Origin: an uncultured Phycisphaerales bacterium | GTDB lineage: Bacteria > Planctomycetota > Phycisphaerae > Tepidisphaerales > Tepidisphaeraceae | Assembly: GCA_963844715.1 (NCBI GenBank) | Contig: CAWJPJ010000005.1 | Location: forward strand, 64,001-128,000 | DNA length: 64,000 bases | Reading direction: 5' to 3' | In this document: piece after piece, positions 20,947-30,508 of the stretch | How positions within the stretch are numbered: the stretch's first letter is position 1 | How the letters are laid out: each line of letters starts with the position of its first letter | The notes under the pieces: generated by a model | Database searches by the model: none | Seen by the model: only the letters and a program-made list of their open reading frames with translations | Told to the model about the DNA's origin: nothing | Translations under genes and position numbers: made by a program

Positions 20947-21107
20947 AACCCCAGTCTACCCCATGCTTCCGGATCGACGCTCAACTACCTCTGTTTTCAA
21001 CACCCGCAAAACGCCAGGCACCGCGCTCTATAGCGACCATTCCATTTATCCGGGTGGAGAATCGTTTGATTAAACCGGTTAAACTTATCGCCCGCACGAC
21101 GCAACAC

Positions 21108-21986
21108 ATGAAACTTATTCTTCGCCGCATCTTACTCGTCATCGCTATTCTTCTCTGCGTCATCTTTGTAAGCGGCGTGTTCGCCTACCACCAATACCGC
21201 GCCATCCCCGATTGGTATGTCGAGCAACCCGTCAATCCTGCCGACCAAAAAATCGCCGCCAACAGCGCCGACCAGAAACTCGCCGATATGTTCAGTTGGG
21301 CCGCCGCCGTCCAGGCGTTTAACGCCCGCCAACTCCGCGGCGATCCAGGCCAATCGCCCGGCGACTCCAAAACCATCACGCTCTCCGACCAGGAACTCAA
21401 CGCGTTCCTCAACGCCTGGAACAATCCCGGCCTGAACAGCGTCGAAGACAAGCTCAGCCACTATTTCACGGAGGGTCGACTGGCGCTGGCCGGCGGGAAA
21501 CTCATCGTCGCCGGGAAATCCCGCGACCTCGGGGTCATCATCAGCGCTGCCCTCGAGCCCTCCGTCGATTCCTCCGGACAATTCCATTTGCAATGGGATG
21601 GCCTCTCCGCCGGCGAATTGAACATCCCGCGCGCCGCCTTCAGCTCGCGCCTGCGTGATGTGAACTCCCAGCTTCAGGACCAGCTGCAGCGCTACCAGGC
21701 GAGCGCCGACGTCGACAAAACCCTCATCGGCAACACAGCAGCCGTGCAGGCCGCCTTCACGCGCTGGATGCTCGACGCGATCAACGGTCAGGCCTCCGAC
21801 TCCACGGCGTTCATCCCCTTCGACGTCGGCAATTTTCAGACCGCCGAGGCCGTCAAACTCACCGCCGTCCAGGTCCAGGGCAGCTCCATCGCCCTGACTT
21901 TCCAAACCCTCTCGCCAGCTCAGCGCGAGGCGATTCTTTCCAGCCTCAGGCAGCCATATCCGGTCGCGACGGACGGTGAACGATGA
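21108..21986 (+). CDS. Hypothetical exported or membrane-anchored protein
   Basis: MKLILRRILLVIAILLCVIFVSG signal anchor; ITLSDQELNAFL. Confidence 0.7.
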   Translation: MKLILRRILLVIAILLCVIFVSGVFAYHQYRAIPDWYVEQPVNPADQKIAANSADQKLADMFSWAAAVQAFNARQLRGDPGQSPGDSKTITLSDQELNAFLNAWNNPGLNSVEDKLSHYFTEGRLALAGGKLIVAGKSRDLGVIISAALEPSVDSSGQFHLQWDGLSAGELNIPRAAFSSRLRDVNSQLQDQLQRYQASADVDKTLIGNTAAVQAAFTRWMLDAINGQASDSTAFIPFDVGNFQTAEAVKLTAVQVQGSSIALTFQTLSPAQREAILSSLRQPYPVATDGER

Positions 21987-22037
21987 CGACGTAACCAGTT
22001 ATGGCGAATTTGGGCGGGAGAGGTAAAATTCCGAGCC

Positions 22038-22433
22038 ATGCTTAATGCGAAGGAGCTGGCTACGATTGCGCAGGCGCGCCTCGGCGATGCAAAAGCATTG
22101 TTGCGGGGGAAGCGCTTCGACGGAGCGGCCTATTTGTGCGGATATGCAGTCGAAATTGCCGTTAAGGCCAGGATCGTGAAGACTTTGAAATGGCCGGGTT
22201 TTCCAGAAAAAGGCGGGGAGTTTGAAGGCCTGGCCAGCTTCAAAACTCATGATCTTCAAATGCTGCTGACGTTGAGCGGTTGGGAAGCTACCATTAACGG
22301 TAAATACCGAGCCGAGTGGTCGAAGGTGGTCAATTGGAAACCGGAATCGCGTTACCAGCGTCCTGGAAATGTGACGCACGTCGCGGCATCTGAAATGATC
22401 GAGAGCGCGCGAGTTCTTGTTGGAGTGTTATGA
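22038..22433 (+). CDS. HEPN-domain protein
   Basis: ARLGDAKALL...AAYLCGYAVEIAVKA...KTHDL...WKPESRY. Confidence 0.8.
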   Translation: MLNAKELATIAQARLGDAKALLRGKRFDGAAYLCGYAVEIAVKARIVKTLKWPGFPEKGGEFEGLASFKTHDLQMLLTLSGWEATINGKYRAEWSKVVNWKPESRYQRPGNVTHVAASEMIESARVLVGVL

Positions 22434-22822
22434 ACGCCACGATTAAAGAAAAGCTCAGCGAGTTGGCCGAGAAAATCGCCAAGGCGAAAAGGCCGCTTCA
22501 TTTTATGGCGTTGGTTCACCGCGAGAACATGGCGGACCGCTGGGACCTGCTTATCTCCTCGGATCAGTTATCCCCCTGGAGCCTGGACGCGATCAGATAC
22601 GTCGATTCGGAACTCAAGAAAACGCTAACCTCCGAGGAGGGCCTGACGATCGCCACGATTGTCCCGTTGGCCAAAGACAACGAGATTGTCGTACAGGCGC
22701 TCAAGCATGGTAACGTCCCGCCTCCGGTCTTGGTTGATGGGCTGCATCCGAGCGATTACTACAATCAGTGGGTTCTCCTTTGGCCGAAGAAGCTCGCCAC
22801 AAATGCGGCGCGAGCGGGCTAG
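22430..22822 (+). CDS. Hypothetical protein coupled to the HEPN gene (possible degenerate nucleotidyltransferase-like partner)
   Basis: ATGA overlap with HEPN gene; RWDLLISSD. Confidence 0.55.
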   Translation: MNATIKEKLSELAEKIAKAKRPLHFMALVHRENMADRWDLLISSDQLSPWSLDAIRYVDSELKKTLTSEEGLTIATIVPLAKDNEIVVQALKHGNVPPPVLVDGLHPSDYYNQWVLLWPKKLATNAARAG

Positions 22823-22841
22823 TCAAAGGAGACCCAGTCGC

Positions 22842-23687
22842 ATGCTTCAGACTCCACCCTCAGAAGACAAATCTTTCGAGGCGGGCACAAGCTCGCTTTC
22901 CCGAAATATTTTCTTGAAGTTCGGACTATCTCTTCTTGTCCTGGCCTCTGTCGCTTCCGCGCAGACCACGGCGCCGACCACCGCGCCGACCACCGAACCC
23001 TCCCCCTACGTTCCTCCCGAGCAGTCCGCCACTCAGCCGATTATGCGCAGCCCCGGCGAACTGAAGATGCACAACCAGTTTATGCAACTCGTCGCCCAGG
23101 GGAACATCGACGTGGTTTTCCTCGGCGATTCCATCACCGATTTCTTCCGTCGCCCGGATCGCGGCAAAGCCGTCTGGGATCAATATTTTGCGCCGCTTAA
23201 AGCCGTGAATTTCGGGATCAGCGGCGACCGCATCCAAAACGTCCTCTGGCGAATCTCCCAGGGCGAACTTGACGGGTACCAGGCCAAAGTCATCGTCCTG
23301 ATGCTCGGCACCAACAATTTCTCCTCGCCGCCTAAAAGCGTCCGCAACACCAATGAAGAAACGATCGAGGGAATGAAACTCGTTGTCGCCGCGATTCGCG
23401 AGCATCAGCCGCAGGCCAAGCTCCTGCTACTGGGCATCTTCCCGCGCGGAAAAGACCCGACGAACATCTATCGTGGGGAAATCAAAGTAGTCAACGCGTT
23501 CCTCGCCACCCTCGACGACGGAAAACATATCTTCTACATGGACATCGGCGACAAATTCCTGAACCCTGACGGGTCCCTGAAAACCGAACTTTTCATCGAC
23601 AAGAATCTCCATCCGAACGCCGCGGGTTATCAGGTTTGGGCCGACGCCATCATCGGCAAGCTCAAAGACCTGCTGGCCCAGCCGTAA
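22842..23687 (+). CDS. SGNH/GDSL hydrolase (PAF-acetylhydrolase-like), probably exported
   Basis: VVFLGDSIT, NFGISGD, MLGTNN, LHPNAAGY; AAGGAG RBS. Confidence 0.9.
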   Translation: MLQTPPSEDKSFEAGTSSLSRNIFLKFGLSLLVLASVASAQTTAPTTAPTTEPSPYVPPEQSATQPIMRSPGELKMHNQFMQLVAQGNIDVVFLGDSITDFFRRPDRGKAVWDQYFAPLKAVNFGISGDRIQNVLWRISQGELDGYQAKVIVLMLGTNNFSSPPKSVRNTNEETIEGMKLVVAAIREHQPQAKLLLLGIFPRGKDPTNIYRGEIKVVNAFLATLDDGKHIFYMDIGDKFLNPDGSLKTELFIDKNLHPNAAGYQVWADAIIGKLKDLLAQP

Positions 23688-23691
23688 CGAT

Positions 23692-24591
23692 ATGCTTACC
23701 CCCGGCATTCACCTGGTTCACAAACCCGTCGGCCCGACGAGTTTTTCGGTCGTCCAGAGTTTCCTCAAGGCGCAAACTCCCCACCCCGGCCATCGCCCGA
23801 ATCGCATCTGTCATGGCGGAACGCTCGACCCCTTCGCCCACGGGCTGCTCCTCATCCTCGTCGAACCCGCCACAAAACTCTTCGACTATCTCCACGCCAT
23901 CCCCAAAACCTACATCGCCACCGTCAAGTGGGGCACAGAAACCGACAACGGCGATCCGACAGGAAAAGTCACCTTCACCGGCGACCCAGCCCAATTAACT
24001 CCTGAGCTTTTGGAAGAATCCCTGCAAGAATTCCAAGGCTGGCAAGAACAAGTCCCCCACGCCACCAGCGCCAAGCGCATAGGCGGCGAGCGAGCCTACG
24101 AAAAATCCCATCGCGGCGAAGAAGTCATTATGTCACCATCCAAAGTCTACCTCCACCAGGCCCGCTGGCTCTCCCACAATCTCCCCCAAACCAGCCAGTT
24201 GGAAATGACCGTGAGAGGCGGATACTACGTGCGAGCCCTGGCCCGAGATCTCGGCCGTCAAGTCGGGTGCGGCGCCCATCTCAGTGAATTGCATCGCACA
24301 CAAATCGGCCCCTGGACCGACCCCGGCCCGGACAAAATCGTCTCGCTTCACGGGCGCGAAATCCTTCCCTGGGCGCCCGCTCGGATTTTGACCGATCAAG
24401 AAGTCGGCGATCTCCGAAAAGATCAGCCGATCCCAATTGGAGAGATTCTCCCGCCCGATTGGGCGATTCCAGAAAACTTCCCCGACCCGCAGGCGCCCGT
24501 TCGAGGGTTTCATCTCGACAAATTCTGCTTCCTATTGAAACGCGAGGCGGAAAGCCTGCGACTGTCCGTTCCTCTTCGCGGCGGAATTTAA
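23692..24591 (+). CDS. truB: tRNA pseudouridine synthase B family protein
   Basis: KPVGPTSF...HGGTLDPFAHGLL...KTY...GTETD...GYYVRALARDLG. Confidence 0.85.
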   Translation: MLTPGIHLVHKPVGPTSFSVVQSFLKAQTPHPGHRPNRICHGGTLDPFAHGLLLILVEPATKLFDYLHAIPKTYIATVKWGTETDNGDPTGKVTFTGDPAQLTPELLEESLQEFQGWQEQVPHATSAKRIGGERAYEKSHRGEEVIMSPSKVYLHQARWLSHNLPQTSQLEMTVRGGYYVRALARDLGRQVGCGAHLSELHRTQIGPWTDPGPDKIVSLHGREILPWAPARILTDQEVGDLRKDQPIPIGEILPPDWAIPENFPDPQAPVRGFHLDKFCFLLKREAESLRLSVPLRGGI

Positions 24592-24597
24592 AGCGTA

Positions 24598-24688
24598 TTT
24601 AGCCACAGATGGAATACAGATGGACACTGATGTAAATGCAATGCATTAGTTTTTTATCTGTGTGCATCTGTCCCCCATCTGTGGCAAA
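24598..24688. repeat. Inverted repeat of 9-10-bp units (CACAGATGn)
   Basis: TTTAGCCACAGATGGAATACAGATGGACAC ... GTGTGCATCTGTCCCCCATCTGTGGCAAA between convergent genes. Confidence 0.85.
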
Positions 24689-24695
24689 GAATTCT

Positions 24696-25394
24696 TTATT
24701 TTCTCTTCCGCATCACAAACAAATAATTAAATCCGCGCAGATAGTAATTCCCTTCTTCCGCCGCCGCCCGGTAGTTCCCCATCTTCAGCGTCTTGTTATG
24801 CCGAGTGACGGCGATTACGTCGATTGGGATCAGCCGCTTGCTCAATAGGGAGAACAATTCAAACCCAATCGGGAAAAATCCCTTCCCCTTCACGAACGAA
24901 TCGCAGACGTAAAGCCCCATATATCGCCCCGGCTTGAGCACCCGCGCGATTTCCGAAATCACCTGATCCATGGCGCTATAATACGCAGGCTCGGCCGCGT
25001 CGAGTTTCCCGATGCAGCGCGGATCATCCGAGTAATGAATATGAGTCGAGTAGGGGGGATCGATGAAAACAAAATCCGCCTTCTCGCTCTCCAGCGGCAG
25101 CTTCCGCGCATCGACGCGGTAGATGTCTTTTCGCGTCGGAGCCAGATCGTAGCCCAGCGCCCGCCGATCCAGATCGCGCGCGACATCCAACGTCGTCCCG
25201 CTCCCCGCGCAAGGATCGACGACCAGATCCTTAGGCTTGGTATACCGCTGCAAAAGATTCCAGATAATATAACTCGGCGTCGCCCCCTGATACCCCGGCA
25301 CGCCCTGCTCCCCCTCCCCGTAATCCTGCGAAGGATAATCCCACAACGTCGTCGCCTGAACCCTCAACTCCGGCTTCTTAAATTTCGCGCCCAA
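24696..25394 (-). CDS. SAM-dependent amino-methyltransferase (DNA N4/N6 or Trm11-like), orphan
   Basis: VVDPCAGSGTT (motif I) then FIDPPY (motif IV). Confidence 0.85.
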   Translation of the reverse strand: MGAKFKKPELRVQATTLWDYPSQDYGEGEQGVPGYQGATPSYIIWNLLQRYTKPKDLVVDPCAGSGTTLDVARDLDRRALGYDLAPTRKDIYRVDARKLPLESEKADFVFIDPPYSTHIHYSDDPRCIGKLDAAEPAYYSAMDQVISEIARVLKPGRYMGLYVCDSFVKGKGFFPIGFELFSLLSKRLIPIDVIAVTRHNKTLKMGNYRAAAEEGNYYLRGFNYLFVMRKRK

Positions 25395-25401
25395 TTATCC
25401 G

Positions 25402-25470
25402 CTCCTAATCTTTCTCCGACTCTTACTCTTAATCCTCTTCGTAATCTTAATCATAATCTTAATCCTAATC
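25402..25470. repeat. 6-bp periodic tract (TAATCn/TACTCT)
   Basis: CTCTTACTCTTAATCC...GTAATCTTAATCATAATCTTAATCCTAATC. Confidence 0.85.
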
Positions 25471-26315
25471 TCCCCCCGTCTTCCGCGCCTCCCTAGCCCG
25501 CGCCGCCGCCCGGCAATCGTCAATCCATTTCCGCAGCGCGTCCGCCTGTTCCTCCGTGCACACGATGTCGGCGTCGACGGCACAATTGCTGCCGGGAACA
25601 AAGATTCTGAGTCGATATCGTCCCGATTTCAGCGCGTCCAACTCGGCAACACCTACTCGGCTCCAGGCGGTCGCTGGATAAAACGCCTCATTTCGATCCG
25701 TGATCGCCGAATCAGAAATCAGCGCCAATCTCCTCCGAAACCGGCGCACGCGACCCAAAACCAAATCGCCACCCCCGCGAGGATTGGGCAGAAAATCCAA
25801 ACCCACGCTGCTGCAACATGACCCAGGAAGTGAGCCAAGAACAGCAATAGCGCTGCCGCCGTCGGAATGACCCAGCCGTGCGCCCGCAAAAGTTCCATTT
25901 CGAGCCCCGGCGTCGGAAGTGTGTCATATTGAACGCATGCTGCCCCGTTCATGCGGATCTGCGACCGCCCCGGAAACAAAAGTTTCTGCCGCCGTATCAA
26001 GTGGAACAACTTCGGCCCGACCAGCATCACGAGTACGAATAGCGGTCCGAGCCCCCTGACACTACCGCGCAAAATAATTGACTGCGGCAGGAACGCGAAT
26101 AGGAAAAACGCCAGGATCACCAGCAGCCACCACATTCTCGCGCCCCTGGCATTCCCCAAATGTTCCCGATACCCCCGGCCCCACCCATAAAGGACGATCT
26201 CATCCTGATCATTCTCGCGCCCGCACTCCGGACACTTTCCCCCCTCCGGCAATCCCACCAGCGAATAACCGCAGTTCGGACAAATCGTCGTCTTGAGACA
26301 GTTCGGAACCACCAT
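25465..26315 (-). CDS. Membrane protein with N-terminal zinc ribbon (paralog 1, frameshift near 25740)
   Basis: KTTICPNCGYSLVGLPEGGKCPECGR, TM helices, AITDRNEAFYPATAW. Confidence 0.75.
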
Positions 26316-26329
26316 CGTTCTCCCCCAGG

Positions 26330-26368
26330 ATCATAATCGTAATCATAATCTTAATCGTAATCGCAATC
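26330..26368. repeat. 6-bp periodic tract
   Basis: ATCATAATCGTAATCATAATCTTAATCGTAATCGCAATC. Confidence 0.85.
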
Positions 26369-26383
26369 CCCCGGATGACGGCT

Positions 26384-27217
26384 TCAACTCCGGGCCACAG
26401 CCACCCGATACGCGAGCCAATTCTTCAACTGTTCAGCCTGTTCAGCGCTGCAAAGGATTTCCGCCTCGATCAACATTTCCTCCGACTTTCCGCGTTCATT
26501 CTCGGAGATTTGTAAATGAAACCGGTGTTCCTTGACCCGGCGGAGTTCAAAAAATGCGATCTTCCTCCATGGCGTTGCCGGGAAATACGCCGCGTTCCGG
26601 TCGGCGATGGCTCCCGGCTCGAGCCGCCGGAGCTTCTTGCGGAATCGCCGGCAGTCCAAACCCTTGGCTAAACTTGCCACCAGAAGAATCGAAAAGGTTA
26701 TCCATCCCCAGGGTCGAGGGAAGCGGCCGGCCCAGCACAACACAAATATTGCGATCGCAGGTATTAGACTAAGCAGCCACCCGTGCGATTGATACAATTC
26801 CTCGTACAAAGACGGCTGAGGCAACGAATCAAATTGGACACGACTTCGCTCGTTAAGTCTGATCTGGACGCGGCCGGGAAAAGAGGTTTCGCGGCGGGCG
26901 AAAATTTCCCAAAGTTTGGGCCCCACGATCATCAAAACAAATAGAGTCGAGAGGAAGTCGGCCGGGCCTCTCATCCACCCCATTATTTTCAAGACTTGAA
27001 AAGTTATCACGGCTATCAATGGGGTAACGAACCAGATCGCTCGCGAGCCTTTGGCGGTGAGAAAAGTCTCCCGCCGTCCGCGGCCCCAGCCGTAAAGTAC
27101 GATCTCGGTTTGATCGTATGCCCGTCCGCATTCGGGGCAGGTTCCGGCTTCGGGCAAGCCCTGCAGCGAATACCCGCAGTTCGGACAAATCGTCGTCTTG
27201 AGAGAATCCGGAATCAC
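26384..27217 (-). CDS. Membrane protein with N-terminal zinc ribbon (paralog 2)
   Basis: KTTICPNCGYSLQGLPEAGTCPECGR...AIADRNAAYFPATPW; colinear with paralog 1. Confidence 0.8.
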   Translation of the reverse strand: MIPDSLKTTICPNCGYSLQGLPEAGTCPECGRAYDQTEIVLYGWGRGRRETFLTAKGSRAIWFVTPLIAVITFQVLKIMGWMRGPADFLSTLFVLMIVGPKLWEIFARRETSFPGRVQIRLNERSRVQFDSLPQPSLYEELYQSHGWLLSLIPAIAIFVLCWAGRFPRPWGWITFSILLVASLAKGLDCRRFRKKLRRLEPGAIADRNAAYFPATPWRKIAFFELRRVKEHRFHLQISENERGKSEEMLIEAEILCSAEQAEQLKNWLAYRVAVARS

Positions 27218-27233
27218 TATCGTTCTCCGTCGG

Positions 27234-27358
27234 GTTCTTAATCATAATCGTAATCATAATCTTAATCGTAATCGCGATTTCTCCCGCGCCCTCGATTCCC
27301 GCCCCATCGGAAAGTCGCGATTAAGATTATGATTACGATTATGATTAAGATTAAGAAC
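27234..27358. repeat. Inverted pair of 6-bp periodic tracts
   Basis: GTTCTTAATCATAATCGTAATC...ATCGCGA (27234-27280) and TCGCGATTAAGATTATGATTACGATTATGATTAAGATTAAGAAC (27312-27358). Confidence 0.9.
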
Positions 27359-27369
27359 AGGAGCCAGCC

Positions 27370-28578
27370 ATGAGCAAAGTCCGAGTCCTTGTCGGCACGA
27401 AGAAGGGGGCCTTTGTCATCAACTCCGACGGCAAGCGCAAAAAATGGGAAATCAACGGCCCATTCTTCGGCGGCTGGGAGCTTTATCACCTCAAAGGGTC
27501 ACCAGCCGACCCCAATCGGATCTATGCGTCCCAATCCAGCGGCTGGTTCGGACAGCAGGTTCAGCGCTCCAGCGACGGCGGGAAAACATGGGAAGCGGTC
27601 GGAAATAAATTCGCCTATGAAGGCGCGCCCGGCTCACATCTCTGGTATGACGGAAAGCCTCATCCCTGGGAATTCAAGCGAGTCTGGCATTTCGAGCCGT
27701 CCCTGAACGATCCCGACACGGTTTACGCCGGCGTGGAAGATGCCGCCTTGTTTCGCTCGACTGACGGCGGAAAGAATTGGCACGAACTCCCGGCCCTGCG
27801 CGAGCACGCCACCGGTCCCAAGTGGCAACCCGGCGCGGGTGGCATGTGTCTGCACACCATTCTTATCGATCCGAAGAATCCCGATCGAATGTATATCGCC
27901 ATTTCCGCGGCCGGCGCCTTTCGCACCGATGATGGCGCAAAATCGTGGAAGCCGATCAATCGCGGGCTCGTGTCGAACTTTATGCCCGATCCCACCGCCG
28001 AGGTCGGGCATTGCGTCCATCACGTCGCCATGCATCACTCCAAGCCCGATGTCCTCTTCATGCAAAAGCACTGGGACGTGATGCGCAGCGACAACGCCGG
28101 GGATACTTGGAAGGAAGTCAGCGGAAATTTGCCGACCGATTTCGGCTTTGCTATCGACGTCCATGCCCACGAACCCGAGACGATTTACGTCGTCCCCATC
28201 AAGAGCGACTCCGAGCATTATCCCCCCGACGGAAAGCTGCGCGTCTACCGCAGCCGCACAGGCGGAAACGAATGGCAGCCGCTGACCCGCGGACTCCCGC
28301 AAAAAGACTGCTACGTCAACGTCCTTAGAGACGCCATGTCCGTCGATTCACTGGATCAATGCGGAATCTATTTCGGCACCACCGGCGGCCAGGTTTATGC
28401 CTCCGCCGACGCGGGAGAGACATGGAACGCCATCGCCCAAAATTTGCCGGCGGTTTTGTCGGTGGAGGTCCAAACGCTGCCTTCGAACGGCGAAAATATA
28501 AGGCGGATTAAGATTAAGAGTAGGATTAAGATTAGGAAGAAGAGTAAGAGCAAGAGAAAGAATGGGAGGGTGAGATGA
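27370..28578 (+). CDS. BNR/Asp-box beta-propeller (sialidase-like) protein
   Basis: Repeated RSxDGGxxW Asp-boxes; [10 protein letters not shown] start; conserved end LSVEVQTLP then reads into a repeat. Confidence 0.88.
   Translation: MSKVRVLVGTKKGAFVINSDGKRKKWEINGPFFGGWELYHLKGSPADPNRIYASQSSGWFGQQVQRSSDGGKTWEAVGNKFAYEGAPGSHLWYDGKPHPWEFKRVWHFEPSLNDPDTVYAGVEDAALFRSTDGGKNWHELPALREHATGPKWQPGAGGMCLHTILIDPKNPDRMYIAISAAGAFRTDDGAKSWKPINRGLVSNFMPDPTAEVGHCVHHVAMHHSKPDVLFMQKHWDVMRSDNAGDTWKEVSGNLPTDFGFAIDVHAHEPETIYVVPIKSDSEHYPPDGKLRVYRSRTGGNEWQPLTRGLPQKDCYVNVLRDAMSVDSLDQCGIYFGTTGGQVYASADAGETWNAIAQNLPAVLSVEVQTLPSNGENIRRIKIKSRIKIRKKSKSKRKNGRVR
28506..28558. repeat. 6-bp periodic tract upstream of the four-helix-bundle gene
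   Basis: GATTAAGATTAAGAGTAGGATTAAGATTAGGAAGAAGAGTAAGAGCAAGAG. Confidence 0.85.
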
Positions 28579-28973
28579 TGGCTGACTCAGAGAGCGGGTT
28601 TGACCATGAAAGGCTCGAGGTCTATCGGGAGGCGATAGCTTTCAATGCGTGGCTTTCCAGTGTTCTGGAAGAGGCGGTGCGCGTCGGAGATGTCAAAGAC
28701 CAACTCGACCGTGCCTCCACTTCAATTCCACTCAACATCGCCGAGGGAAATGGAAAATACTCCCCCAAAGATCGGTGTCGGTTTTTCGAGATCACACATG
28801 GATCCGCGCTCGAATGCGCGGCGGGTTTGGATGTACTTGTCGCCAAGGCGAAGTTGACGCCGGAACAGATTCGACCTGGGAAGGCGGCTCTTCAGAAAAT
28901 CGTGCGAATGCTGATGGGGTTGATTAAACGGAACTCGACTCGAGATTACAAGCCGGAGGCCGAAGAGGATTAG
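28575..28973 (+). CDS. Four-helix-bundle protein (23S rRNA IVP-like family)
   Basis: [11 protein letters not shown]...[20 protein letters not shown]...[12 protein letters not shown]. Confidence 0.92.
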   Translation: MMADSESGFDHERLEVYREAIAFNAWLSSVLEEAVRVGDVKDQLDRASTSIPLNIAEGNGKYSPKDRCRFFEITHGSALECAAGLDVLVAKAKLTPEQIRPGKAALQKIVRMLMGLIKRNSTRDYKPEAEED

Positions 28974-29027
28974 GATTAAGAGTAAGATTAAGATTATGAA
29001 GATGATTAAGAGAAAGATTATGATTAA

Positions 29028-29921
29028 GAGCCTCTAACAAAAATGCACTTCCCCATGTTTATGGTTGATCGGACAATACGGCTTGGTCTTAGCCATGGAG
29101 GGCTTTATGACCAAGCCGTTGGTGACCGACGAGCTTTGGGAGTTGATCCGACCCCTGCTTCCCAAGCACCGCAGTGGTCCAGGAAAGCGCGGCCGGCCGC
29201 CGCTGGACGATCGCGCGGCGTTGTCGGGTATTCTGTTCGTGCTCAAAACCGGCATTCCGTGGGAATACCTTCCCCAGGAGATGGGATGCGGCAGCGGCAT
29301 GAGTTGCTGGCGTCGACTGCGCGATTGGAACCATCGTGGGGTTTGGACGAAGCTGCACGGACTATTGCTGAATCGATTGCGGCGGTCGAATGCCATCGAC
29401 TGGTCGCGGGCCTTGGTGGATTCTGCTTCCGTGCGGGCCGTGCACGGGGGAAAAAAACGGGTCCGAGCCCGGTAGATCGCAGGAAAAACGGTTCCAAGCA
29501 CCATGTATTGACCGATGGCAACGGCACGCCGATGGTTGCCCTCCTGACGGCGGCCAACCGCCACGACATCACGCAACTGCTGCCGCTGATCGATGCGATT
29601 CCAAAGGTCTCGGGCAAACCGGGCCGGCCGCGCTGGCGGTTCGAGGTGGTGCAGGGAGACCGGGCGTATCACTCCGAACCGCACCGAAAGGCGTTGCGTC
29701 AGCGTGGCAGCCGCCCGTTGCTGGCCCGACGCAACCGCCCGCACGGAAGTGGTCTTGGCAAAACCCGCTGGCCGGTGGAGCGTACGCTGAGTTGGTTGCA
29801 TCAGAATCGCCGACTGCGAGTCCGTTACGAAAAACGGCCCGACATCCACGCCGCGTTCATGACCGTGGGTGAGGCAATGATCTGTTGGAACAGGCTTCAT
29901 TCGCATTTTTGTTAGAGGCTC
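29028..29921 (+). mobile_element. IS5-family insertion sequence (IS427/IS402-like), 894 bp
   Basis: 19-bp perfect terminal IRs GAGCCTCTAACAAAAATGC / GCATTTTTGTTAGAGGCTC; TAA on both sides (29025-29027, 29922-29924). Confidence 0.95.
29107..29915 (+). CDS. IS5 transposase, orfA/orfB joined by a probable -1 frameshift
   Basis: VTDELWELIRPLLP...GRPPLDDRAALSGILFVLKTGIPW; slippery GGGGGAAAAAAA 29446-29457; orfB GSKHHVLTD...GDRAY...RWPVERTLSW. Confidence 0.92.
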
Positions 29922-30074
29922 TAAGATTCGGATGACCCGACGCGTCTAACTGGCCCGCCGCCCGCACCAGCCGATCCTAATCTTTCTCTTACTCTTAATC
30001 TTACTCATCTTCATAATCTTACTCTTACTCTTACTCTTACTCTTAATCCTAATCCGACTTCTCCCCACATTCCG

Positions 30075-30438
30075 ATGATCCGCGTACTATTACCCCAACA
30101 TCTCCGCACCCTGGCCAACGCGGACGCCGAATTGAAACTCGAAGTCCCCACCCCAGTCACCCAGCGAAAAATCCTCAATGCGCTCGAAGCCAAATACCCC
30201 GTCCTCAAAGGCACAATCCGAGATCACGGTAAAACCGAACGCCGGCCTTTGGTCCGGTTCTTCGCCTGTGGCGAAGACCTCTCTAACGAATCGCCTGATG
30301 CGCTTTCTTCCCGAAGCTGTGGCCAACGGCAGGGAACCTTTCATCATCCTCGGCGCCATCGCTGGCGGAAACGCGCGGAAACCCGAAACCAGAAATCCGA
30401 ATGACGAATCAATTCCGAATGCCCGAATGCTCGAATGA
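30075..30438 (+). CDS. MoaD/ThiS-like ubiquitin-fold protein (frameshift near 30300; reads past Gly-Gly into a repeat)
   Basis: [14 protein letters not shown]...[15 protein letters not shown] / [21 protein letters not shown]. Confidence 0.8.
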
Positions 30439-30508
30439 ACGAAAAGGCATTTCGGTCATTCAGTCATTCGGGCTTGATTCGTCATTCTGGTTTCGGGTTT
30501 CGGGTTTC
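30378..30508. repeat. Inverted repeat of 7-bp units (CCGAAAC/CGAATGn)
   Basis: GAAACCCGAAACCAGAAATCCGAATGACGAATCAA ... TTGATTCGTCATTCTGGTTTCGGGTTTCGGGTTTC between convergent genes. Confidence 0.9.

Larger units (their letters stand above)
28968..30056. repeat. Long inverted repeat of 6-bp units downstream of the four-helix-bundle gene, split by IS5
   Basis: Left arm GGATTAGGATTAAGAGTAAGATTAAGATTATGAAGATG... (28968-29027) complementary to ...CATCTTCATAATCTTACTCTT...AATCCTAATCC (29974-30056). Confidence 0.85.

Noticed and set aside
28575..28973. Avd accessory gene of a diversity-generating retroelement, or an rRNA intervening sequence
   Set aside because: No reverse transcriptase, no template/variable repeat pair with adenine-specific changes, and no rRNA gene in the window
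29034..29906. 290-aa minus-strand ORF in the IS
   Set aside because: Antisense shadow of the transposase; conserved motifs are on the + strand
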